A stretch of DNA of 64,000 bases, taken from a bacterium. GTDB taxonomy: Bacteria > Hinthialibacterota > Hinthialibacteria > Hinthialibacterales > Hinthialibacteraceae. This document shows, piece by piece, positions 56,345 to 64,000 of the stretch. The stretch's first letter is position 1. Each line of letters starts with the position of its first letter. The stretch lies in the NCBI GenBank assembly GCA_963662285.2, contig CAXXMV010000002.1, positions 352,001 to 416,000 of the forward strand, given 5' to 3'. Below the pieces are notes generated by a model, which ran no database searches, had not been told where the DNA came from, and saw only the letters and a program-made list of their open reading frames with translations. A program made the position numbers and the translations under genes.

Positions 56345-57361
56345 ATGGCTTCAACACAGGAAATTTGGGTTTTTGCTGAACAGGAAGATGGTAAACTAAA
56401 GCCTGTCGCTTTAGAACTCTTAGGCCGGGCGTATAAACTAGCCAAAGAACTAGGCGTTCAAGTTGGCGCCATGCTTCTTGGCGATAACGTTCGCGGTTTG
56501 GCTGATGAACTTTGCCAGCATGGCGCTGATAAGGTATATCTTGCTGATAATCCAGAACTTAAACAATATCGTACTTTGCCTTATACAAAAGTTGTTCGCG
56601 ATATAATTGCTCAATATAAGCCACAGATTGTTCTATATGGCGCAACAATGATCGGGCGCGACCTGGCCCCGCGTATAGCGTCGAATATGCAAACGGGTTT
56701 AACTGCGGATTGTACAGACTTGCAAATCGGCGGTTACTCCAAAAAAAGCACTGGCGAGGATATTAGTGATATTCTACACCAGATTCGACCGGCATTCGGC
56801 GGCAACGTCATCGCGACTATCGTCAGTCCATATCACACGCCTCAAATGGCTACGGTTCGCGAAGGTGTTATGAAACCCCGGACTTTCGAAGAAATCCGTA
56901 AAACGGAAGTAGTTTATTTTACTCCAACTATCACCGACGCGGAAAAAGTCGTTGAGATTATCGAGCGCTATCAAAAACCCAGGACAGTTGATCTTCGCGC
57001 TGCCCGTATCATCGTATCCGGCGGCGCAGGAGTCGGCGGGCCGGAGGGATTTGGATTGATCGGCGAATTAGCCCATGTTCTTGGCGGTGAAGTTGGCGCA
57101 AGCCGTGCTGCGGTTGATGGTGGATTCATCGGAAAAGATCACCAGGTCGGGCAAACGGGAACAGTTGTAAGGCCGGTTCTGTATATTGCATGCGGCATCA
57201 GCGGCGCTATTCAGCACCGGGTTGGTATGCAGAATGCAGCCAAGATAATTGCCATCAATATTGATCCTCAAGCCCCGATTTTCTCAGTCGCGCATTACCG
57301 TATAGTAGGCGATCTCTTCAAAGTGATCCCTATGCTGATACGGGCCTATAAAACATTATAA
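56345..57361 (+). CDS. etfA: Electron transfer flavoprotein alpha subunit
   Basis: WVFAEQ, GRDLAPR, TGLTADCT, RPAFGGN, QMATVR, GASRAAVD, QVGQTG, YIACGISGAIQH. Confidence 0.94.
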   Translation: MASTQEIWVFAEQEDGKLKPVALELLGRAYKLAKELGVQVGAMLLGDNVRGLADELCQHGADKVYLADNPELKQYRTLPYTKVVRDIIAQYKPQIVLYGATMIGRDLAPRIASNMQTGLTADCTDLQIGGYSKKSTGEDISDILHQIRPAFGGNVIATIVSPYHTPQMATVREGVMKPRTFEEIRKTEVVYFTPTITDAEKVVEIIERYQKPRTVDLRAARIIVSGGAGVGGPEGFGLIGELAHVLGGEVGASRAAVDGGFIGKDHQVGQTGTVVRPVLYIACGISGAIQHRVGMQNAAKIIAINIDPQAPIFSVAHYRIVGDLFKVIPMLIRAYKTL

Positions 57362-57446
57362 TCTTGATAATTCAATATTTACGCTGCTGATTCAGGCGTG
57401 AATTTAACCTGATTGATAACTTAAACGCCTTTACTGGAATAAAAAC

Positions 57447-59171
57447 ATGTCCAACTTTTATACCGACAATTCTGATCTTCAATTTGCGTTCAGACACATA
57501 GACTGGTCTGAGATCATTTCTATGAAAGAGAAGAACTATTCTGAAGCAGATCAGTATCCTGATGCTCCAGCATCTTTTGAAGAAGCGCTGATCAATTATG
57601 AAAGCATCCTGGAACTGGCTGGCGAAGTGGCTGGAGAATATATCGATCCACGCTCCGCCGCAGTTGATGAACAAGGCTGTAAACTAGAAAATGGCGTTGT
57701 TCATTATGCTCCCGAAACCGATGATTCCCTTAGAGACCTCACTCATGCCGGATTGATGGGCATCCCCCTGCCGCGCCGTTTTGGGGGGCTTAATTGCTCT
57801 ACCGTTATTGGCAATACCGTTATAGAAATCGTTTCCCGCGCTGATGCGGGATTAATGACTATCTTCGGATTGCAGGAAATCGCCGAAACCATCAATATGT
57901 TCGCCAGCGACGAACAAAAAGCAGCGACTCTTCCCCGATTTGCCCGTGGAGACGTAACCGGAGCGATGGTTTTGACTGAACCAGATGCCGGATCAGACCT
58001 TCAGGCGGTTCAGCTTCGCGCTAGTGAAAATCCTGATGGAGATATTTTCCTTTTGAATGGCGTTAAGCGGTTCATCAGCAATGGCTGTGGAGAGATTCTT
58101 CTGGTTCTGGCCCGGAGCGAGCCTACACGTAAAGGCGCCGCTGGTCTTAGCATGTTCCTTTGCGAAAAGGGACCTACTGTTAAAATCCGCCGCCTCGAAA
58201 ACAAACTGGGCATCAAAGGTTCTCCGACTTGCGAAATGCAGTTCATGGATACCCCTGCTCAACTGGTAGGCAAACGTCGTAGAGGTTTAACCCATTACGT
58301 TATGTCGCTTATGAACGGCGCCCGCATCGCTATCGCCGCCCAAGCAACAGGCATCGCCGAAGCTGCTTACCGGGCTGCGGTGGATTACGCCAAAACCCGT
58401 GAACAATTCGGTAAATCAATCATAAAGTTCACAGCTGTTGCTGACATGCTGGTTGAAATGAAAACCATGGTCGAAGCGTCCCGCGCTTTGAATATGGAGA
58501 CCTGCTATGCCATTGATATTGATAAACTTCTTGAAGAAAAACTCGATAAAGAAAGCCTCGAAGGCGATGAGTTGCAAGAAATCAAAGCCCGGAGGGCCTC
58601 CTATAAACGCTTCGCCGCTATGCTAACGCCAATGAGTAAGATGTATGCCACCGAAATCTGTCAGAAAGTCACTCATGACTCAATCCAGGTTCATGGCGGA
58701 AGCGGATATATGAAAGATTATCCGGTGGAACGTTATTATCGCGACGCCCGCATTACCAATATCTATGAAGGGACCACTCAACTTCAGGTTGTCGCCGCAA
58801 TCGGTGGAATAACCAGTGGAACCTTTATGGCGTATCTCAAAGTATTAGATGGATATATGACGGATTCGGTTGATCAGTCATTATTGAAATCAGTTCGCGA
58901 CCGCGTTGCCAAAACGGAAGAGGTTATCGCCTTCTTCAGCGAAAAGGAACAGGAATACCGCGATCTATACGCCCGTGAGATGGTCGATCTTGCTATTGAA
59001 CTGATTCTTTCTTATCTCTTGCTCCGTCAATCAGCCAACAATGACCGTAAGAAAATCGTCGCCAATCATTTCATTACCAAGACAGCCTTGGTGATGGACA
59101 TGCGAATGGAACGCATCAAGAGCGGCGAAACCGCTACTATCGATTTCTTTGAAGAAATTGTTGTTGAATAG
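57447..59171 (+). CDS. Acyl-CoA dehydrogenase (Etf-associated, extended C-terminal domain)
   Basis: LTEPDAGSDL, NGVKRFISNG, KLGIKGSPTCE, REQFGK, QVHGGSGY, YRDARITNIYEGTTQLQ. Confidence 0.93.
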   Translation: MSNFYTDNSDLQFAFRHIDWSEIISMKEKNYSEADQYPDAPASFEEALINYESILELAGEVAGEYIDPRSAAVDEQGCKLENGVVHYAPETDDSLRDLTHAGLMGIPLPRRFGGLNCSTVIGNTVIEIVSRADAGLMTIFGLQEIAETINMFASDEQKAATLPRFARGDVTGAMVLTEPDAGSDLQAVQLRASENPDGDIFLLNGVKRFISNGCGEILLVLARSEPTRKGAAGLSMFLCEKGPTVKIRRLENKLGIKGSPTCEMQFMDTPAQLVGKRRRGLTHYVMSLMNGARIAIAAQATGIAEAAYRAAVDYAKTREQFGKSIIKFTAVADMLVEMKTMVEASRALNMETCYAIDIDKLLEEKLDKESLEGDELQEIKARRASYKRFAAMLTPMSKMYATEICQKVTHDSIQVHGGSGYMKDYPVERYYRDARITNIYEGTTQLQVVAAIGGITSGTFMAYLKVLDGYMTDSVDQSLLKSVRDRVAKTEEVIAFFSEKEQEYRDLYAREMVDLAIELILSYLLLRQSANNDRKKIVANHFITKTALVMDMRMERIKSGETATIDFFEEIVVE

Positions 59172-59187
59172 TAAAAACAAAAATTAC

Positions 59188-59229
59188 AAAAAAGCCCTTG
59201 ATGATCATCTTCATCAAGGGCTTTTTTTT
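59188..59229. terminator. Bidirectional rho-independent terminator
   Basis: AAAAAAGCCCTTGATGA-TCATCT-TCATCAAGGGCTTTTTTTT. Confidence 0.88.
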
Positions 59230-59281
59230 GTGTTAAGCTTAAATTTTTTGTTATCAAGCATTGATGATCCTGGCAATGGGT

Positions 59282-59332
59282 AATTGTTATCAACCCTCAC
59301 CTAGCCTCTCCCAATCTTGGGAGAGGAATGTT
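59282..59332. repeat. REP-like palindromic repeat, copy 2
   Basis: 49/51 identical to 2539-2589. Confidence 0.85.
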
Positions 59333-59400
59333 AGACCACAGTGTTTTCTAAAACTATAAATTTTCCAGTTGACTTTAGAATCATAATCTAACTGCCGTTT

Positions 59401-59682
59401 TTAGGATGAAGTGCGATCACGGACTTTTTGCTTTTTTGATTCTCTCTCTGATTCTAATTTAATGATTTCATGCGCCATCTCTGCTTGAATCTGCTGTATG
59501 ATTTGCGGGTCGCCCATAGCAGATGCAATCTTCTCGTCGGCCATGATCTTTGCTTGAGCGATCTGAGCCTCGTATTTTTCGCCAATCTCGGCGATTTCCT
59601 TCTTCTGCTCTTCCGTTATAGGGGGACCAGAAGGAGATTCTTTCTCTAATCTTTCCATGGCCAATTCATAAGCGCTTTTCAT
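59401..59682 (-). CDS. Small conserved coiled-coil hypothetical protein
   Basis: MKSAYELAMERL...TEEQKKEIAEI-xx-KYEAQIA. GGAG RBS; 24 nt downstream of dnaJ on the same strand. Confidence 0.8.
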   Translation of the reverse strand: MKSAYELAMERLEKESPSGPPITEEQKKEIAEIGEKYEAQIAQAKIMADEKIASAMGDPQIIQQIQAEMAHEIIKLESERESKKQKVRDRTSS

Positions 59683-59706
59683 TTCTTATCTCCTTGTTAA
59701 CGGATT

Positions 59707-60843
59707 TTATCCACCAAATACCTGTTTCACCTTATCAAAGAACGAACTGGTATGCGGATTGGTCTCTTCGCCGCTGATTTGCGCAAATTCGTCTAATATT
59801 TCACGCTGGCGGGCGGTTAAGCGTGTTGGGGTTTCAACCACAATACGAACCAGTTGATCTCCCTGGCCATATCCACGGATGCTGGGCATTCCCCGGTTTG
59901 ATAATCTGAACATCTGGCCGGTTTGCGATCCGGCGGGGACCTTCATAGATATTCTTCCTTCAAGGGTGGGTACCTTCAACTCAGCGCCAAGAGCTGCTTG
60001 AGGGAAAGAAATGGGAATTTCGCAAATCAAGTCGTCTCCATCACGTTGAAACAAAGGATGATCCTGAACGGTTAAAACAATATACAGATCGCCTGGAGGG
60101 CCGCCATTAAAACCAGCTTCGCCTTCGCCGGTTATTTTAAGTTTTAGACCTGTCATTGAACCGGCGGGAACCTTAACATTGACGCGTCGGCGGCTCATTA
60201 TACGGCCGTTTCCATGACACTTAACGCATGGATTTTTAATGATTTGCCCGGTTCCATTGCAACGGTTGCAGGTACGCGAGATGCTGAAAAAGCCTTGCGA
60301 CAACCGGGTCTGCCCCGAACCGTTGCATTGCGGGCAAACGCCTGGTTTATGTCCGGGAGCGCATCCGCTTCCTGAACAGGCGTCGCATGAAACCTGTTTA
60401 GGTACTTCAATTGGCTTGTCAACTCCTTTGTAGGCGTCTTCAAGCGTCACTCTAAGATCGTAGCGAAGATCATCACCACGGCTGGTTCTTGATTGAGAAC
60501 CTCGTCGAGTACGTCCCCCGCCGAATATTTCGTCAAATATATCGCCAAAACCGCCGAATATATCCTGGAAATCGCGGAAAGCCGCATCTCCATGGCCGCC
60601 GCCGAATCCACCCTGCCCTACTCCGGCATGGCCAAACTGGTCGTAATTACGGCGTTTTTCTGCATCAGACAAAATTTCATAAGCTTCTGTGGCTTCTCTG
60701 AATTTTGATTCGGCCTTTTTATTGTTCTGATTCCGGTCGGGATGATATTTAAGCGCTAATTTGCGGTAAGATTTTTTAATCTCATCAGGAGATGCTCCGC
60801 GATTGACGCCAAGTATTTCGTAATAATCTCGTTTATCTGCCAT
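59707..60843 (-). CDS. dnaJ: Chaperone DnaJ
   Basis: [12 protein letters not shown] motif, G/F region, four CxxCxGxG repeats, C-terminal domain. Likely start MADKRDYY. Confidence 0.97.
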   Translation of the reverse strand: MADKRDYYEILGVNRGASPDEIKKSYRKLALKYHPDRNQNNKKAESKFREATEAYEILSDAEKRRNYDQFGHAGVGQGGFGGGHGDAAFRDFQDIFGGFGDIFDEIFGGGRTRRGSQSRTSRGDDLRYDLRVTLEDAYKGVDKPIEVPKQVSCDACSGSGCAPGHKPGVCPQCNGSGQTRLSQGFFSISRTCNRCNGTGQIIKNPCVKCHGNGRIMSRRRVNVKVPAGSMTGLKLKITGEGEAGFNGGPPGDLYIVLTVQDHPLFQRDGDDLICEIPISFPQAALGAELKVPTLEGRISMKVPAGSQTGQMFRLSNRGMPSIRGYGQGDQLVRIVVETPTRLTARQREILDEFAQISGEETNPHTSSFFDKVKQVFGG

Positions 60844-60962
60844 TATGGCCATATCCTAGCCGTCTTTGCGCCATTTTGGCGCAAATTCAGGGGTTTAATT
60901 TAATTTATTAAATCTAATTAGTGAAAATAGCAATTCCTATACCTGAATTAAGGCGTATTGGA

Positions 60963-61952
60963 TTATTCTATCAAAGAAAAATAATTTGAATAATAGGACA
61001 AGATCATATAAGCGACAAATCCCATGATTATAAAATAAAAAAGCATCGGAACAATGCGGCCTAATTGATGGAATTTCCTTTCTGCTTCCAGCTGCTCGAA
61101 TTTTGCGTATTTGTTCAGCATAGACTCTAGTTTTCCAGATTCTTCTCCAGTTGCGATCATGCCAAGTGCGATGGGAGTGAATAGCCGGGTATCTGACATG
61201 GTTTGGGCGATATTGCCTCCCTCTTTGAGAAGATGGCTCGATTTAAGCAACCTTTCTGAGATAACCATGTTTGCGCAAGTCAGAGCTGAGTCGCGGTATG
61301 CGTCGAGAACCGAAAAACCAGCTATGTATAGATTTTCGAAGGTCTTGGCGAATTGAGCGTTGTTGAAATGCCTTATTGCTTTGCCAAAAAATGGAATACC
61401 CAAAGCTATCCGGTGTAATATCCGGCGCGTGATCGATTGTTGGTTCAAGAACCTGAAGGCGGCAAGGAAAAGGATGATTCCTATAACCAGACGTATGGCG
61501 TTCCACATCAGTGATGTCAATAAATCATCAACACCACCCAGAAACATGGCTTTCAGAAGCGGACAAACCACTATCGCGGTGAACAGGATCATTGCCGGGT
61601 AAATCATATCAATCCACATACGAATCCAGATATGTCTTAAATCACCTTGCAACCGTGCGATATTCGACATGGCGAAATTAGCCGTACCGCTTGCTTCCCC
61701 TGCTTTCACTATCTTTCGCTCTAGTATGGGGAAAATATCACTATGGCGATCAAAGGCAGTAGCAAGCGAACCGCCGGATTTTATATGATCGGCCATATCC
61801 TGCGCGGCGCGGCGTAATTTTGATGACTCCAGTTGCGCAATAGTCTCCAGGCTTCTAACCGGAGGTATTCCTGCGTCTAGCATCTGTTCTAATTGTTGGT
61901 AAAAAGCGATTCGCCTTTTTCTTGATACACCAAAAAACGGGAACAATGACAT
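60963..61952 (-). CDS. Type II secretion F / PilC-family platform protein
   Basis: FYQQL-xx-ML-x-AGIP, GGSLA, AGEASG, YPA, IPFFG, second repeat MIATGEESGKLE. Confidence 0.88.
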   Translation of the reverse strand: MSLFPFFGVSRKRRIAFYQQLEQMLDAGIPPVRSLETIAQLESSKLRRAAQDMADHIKSGGSLATAFDRHSDIFPILERKIVKAGEASGTANFAMSNIARLQGDLRHIWIRMWIDMIYPAMILFTAIVVCPLLKAMFLGGVDDLLTSLMWNAIRLVIGIILFLAAFRFLNQQSITRRILHRIALGIPFFGKAIRHFNNAQFAKTFENLYIAGFSVLDAYRDSALTCANMVISERLLKSSHLLKEGGNIAQTMSDTRLFTPIALGMIATGEESGKLESMLNKYAKFEQLEAERKFHQLGRIVPMLFYFIIMGFVAYMILSYYSNYFSLIE

Positions 61953-62108
61953 TTTGGTTTTCTTTCTTTATCAAGATGAGTCTAATCTTATATTACTTTA
62001 TAACGATTATGCAGTGAAATGAGGATCACATCTTTGGTCAAACGCCGAAGAGAGATATAGTATTAAATTCAACGTATACAATTCTAAAGAAGAGATTATT
62101 CTATAATT

Positions 62109-63866
62109 ATGATTAAAAGAACTCATTATTGCGGTGATTTACGGGCTGAAAACATAGACGAGAATGTTTCATTGTGCGGTTGGGTGTGGCATTGGAGGGA
62201 TCACGGCGGCGTCATCTTTATCGACGTTCGCGACCGGACTGGCCATAGCCAGTTAGTCTTCGATCCTCAGGTCAACCAGGAATTGTATAAACTGGCTAAC
62301 GAACTGCGCAGCGAGTTCTGTATCGGTATTGTCGGTAAAGTGCGTAGTCGTCCCGAAGGGACCGAGAATCCCAATATGCCAACCGGACAAGTTGAAATCC
62401 TGGTGAGTGAACTCACCATCTTCAGCGAATCTGAGACTCCCCCGTTTCCTCTCGATGAGCATGTCGAAGTTGGCGAAGACATTCGTTTGAAATATAGGTA
62501 TCTTGATCTGCGGCGCCCGGTTCTGCGCGACCATGTCATCTTCCGCAGCCGTACTGCGCAGGCGGTGCGCAACTATTTTTCGGGTAATGGCTTTATTGAG
62601 GTCGAAACGCCGGTGTTGAGTAAATCAACGCCAGAAGGCGCCCGCGACTTCCTGGTTCCCAGCAGGATTAATCCCGGACAGTTCTTCGCTCTACCCCAGT
62701 CTCCCCAACTATACAAACAACTCTGTATGGTCGCTGGCCTGGATCGTTATTTTCAAATCGTTAAGTGTTTCCGTGATGAAGATCAACGAGCTGACCGGCA
62801 GCCGGAATTTACTCAAATCGACCTGGAAATGTCGTTTATAACTCCAGAAGATATCTACGCGGTCATGGAAGGAATGATCAAGACGCTTTGGAAAGACCTT
62901 CTGGATATTGAGGTTGAAACCCCGTTCCCACGCATTCCGTATTGGGAGTCAATGGAGCGTTTTGGAATCGACCGCCCCGATATCCGTTTCGATATGGAAT
63001 TGAAAGACCTCTGCGATATCGGTTCTGAATCCGATTTCAAAGTGTTCCGCAGCATCGTCGAAAATGGCGGGAAAATATCCGGCATCTGCGTCAAAGGCGG
63101 AGCGTCCTTCAGCCGTAAAGATATTGATAACCTGACTTCGGAAGCGGCCATCTATGGCGCCAAAGGTTTGGCGTGGATGAAGGTGACCGATAATGGGCTT
63201 GAATCAAACATCGTTAAATTCTTCTCTGAGGGATTGCAGAAAAAATTGATTGAAAGATTCAATGCCGAATCTGGCGACCTGCTGCTCTTCGTAGCCGACC
63301 AAAAAGAAGTGGTGTACGCTTCATTGGCTCATTTGCGCTTGCATATTGCAGGCAAGCAGGAACTTTACGATCCGAATGAAAACAAATTCATCTGGGTGGT
63401 TGATTTCCCCATGTTTGAAAATGATGATCAAGGCAATCCCACGCCGTTGCATCATCCATTTACTTCACCTTATATAGAAGACCTCGATTTGCTGGAAACT
63501 GATCCATTGAAGATTCGTTCGATGGCTTATGATATGGTGCTTAATGGAATCGAAATTGGCGGAGGCAGCATTCGTATTCACCAGCGGGATGTTCAAAGCC
63601 GGGTATTCAGAGTGCTTGGCATTAATGAAGAGCAAGCCAAAGAAAAGTTCGGTTTCTTGTTGGATGCCTTAAAGTTCGGCGCCCCGCCCCACGGTGGACT
63701 GGCTTTCGGTTTCGACCGTATGATTATGCTTATGCTGAAAGAACCGAATATCCGCGAAGTAATTGCTTTCCCCAAAAACCAACGCGCTCAAGCTGTCATG
63801 GAAGGCGCTCCTTCAAGTGTTGATCCTGACCAAGTCAGAGACCTGGGCTTAAGGCTTAAGTTGTAA
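62109..63866 (+). CDS. aspS: Aspartate--tRNA ligase (probably non-discriminating Asp/Asn type)
   Basis: RTHYCG, RDHGGVIFID (His in the RDHGG position), RLKYRYLDLRR, TPEGARDF, LPQSPQ, CFRDED-x-RADRQPEFTQ, GAPPHGG. Confidence 0.97.
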   Translation: MIKRTHYCGDLRAENIDENVSLCGWVWHWRDHGGVIFIDVRDRTGHSQLVFDPQVNQELYKLANELRSEFCIGIVGKVRSRPEGTENPNMPTGQVEILVSELTIFSESETPPFPLDEHVEVGEDIRLKYRYLDLRRPVLRDHVIFRSRTAQAVRNYFSGNGFIEVETPVLSKSTPEGARDFLVPSRINPGQFFALPQSPQLYKQLCMVAGLDRYFQIVKCFRDEDQRADRQPEFTQIDLEMSFITPEDIYAVMEGMIKTLWKDLLDIEVETPFPRIPYWESMERFGIDRPDIRFDMELKDLCDIGSESDFKVFRSIVENGGKISGICVKGGASFSRKDIDNLTSEAAIYGAKGLAWMKVTDNGLESNIVKFFSEGLQKKLIERFNAESGDLLLFVADQKEVVYASLAHLRLHIAGKQELYDPNENKFIWVVDFPMFENDDQGNPTPLHHPFTSPYIEDLDLLETDPLKIRSMAYDMVLNGIEIGGGSIRIHQRDVQSRVFRVLGINEEQAKEKFGFLLDALKFGAPPHGGLAFGFDRMIMLMLKEPNIREVIAFPKNQRAQAVMEGAPSSVDPDQVRDLGLRLKL

Positions 63867-63890
63867 GCGTTTTATTAATATAATATTTAT

Positions 63891-63918
63891 AAAAGGGCGC
63901 TTTGATAGCGTCCTTTTT
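63891..63918 (+). terminator. Rho-independent terminator after aspS
   Basis: AAAAGGGCGCT-TTGAT-AGCGTCCTTTTT. Confidence 0.75.
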
Positions 63919-64000
63919 GTTTTAATATAACGTTTTGAGTTTTGTTTTATAAAATTCAATCCGCGAATTTTCTTTTTTTCTCATTTCCGAATAATGCACT

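Noticed and set aside
60853-60962. CIRCE element upstream of dnaJ
   Set aside because: No TTAGCACTC-N9-GAGTGCTAA match is present.
1-64000. CRISPR array, tRNA/rRNA, integrase/transposase, prophage or defence genes
   Set aside because: No regularly spaced repeats, cloverleaf/rRNA-like segments or matching protein motifs were seen by eye. A covariance-model scan was not possible, so small RNAs could be missed.

Overview
A 64 kb, moderately AT-rich bacterial chromosomal segment from a diderm, probably anaerobic or facultative organism. The pseudopilin type and a C-terminal VxxWxL[H/Y] motif recall the OLB16/Hinthialibacter-Sumerlaeota lineages, which is inference only. Housekeeping genes (pdxA, ruvB, ricT/PSP1, rimO, pgpA, dnaJ, aspS) are mixed with anaerobic energy genes (PFOR/nifJ plus a PyrD-like partner; etfB-etfA-acyl-CoA dehydrogenase), envelope and glycosylation genes, an nfeD-nfeD-floA operon and signalling proteins. 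The most notable locus is 2750-6571. An intact operon there (tetraheme c554-like cytochrome, beta-barrel porin, 11-heme lipoprotein) is divergent from an internally deleted ImcH-like inner-membrane cytochrome pseudogene that the ORF track does not resolve, i.e. a putative extracellular electron transfer conduit whose local quinol-oxidising module has decayed. Also notable: a secreted protein with nested (Russian-doll) domain insertions; a degenerate M50-like membrane protein fused to cNMP-binding domains; a DnaA-box cluster in a long convergent intergenic region (possible oriC); a family of small TA-ended MITE-like repeats, one with a nested element; and a REP-like repeat. No rRNA, tRNA, CRISPR array or intact transposase was seen.
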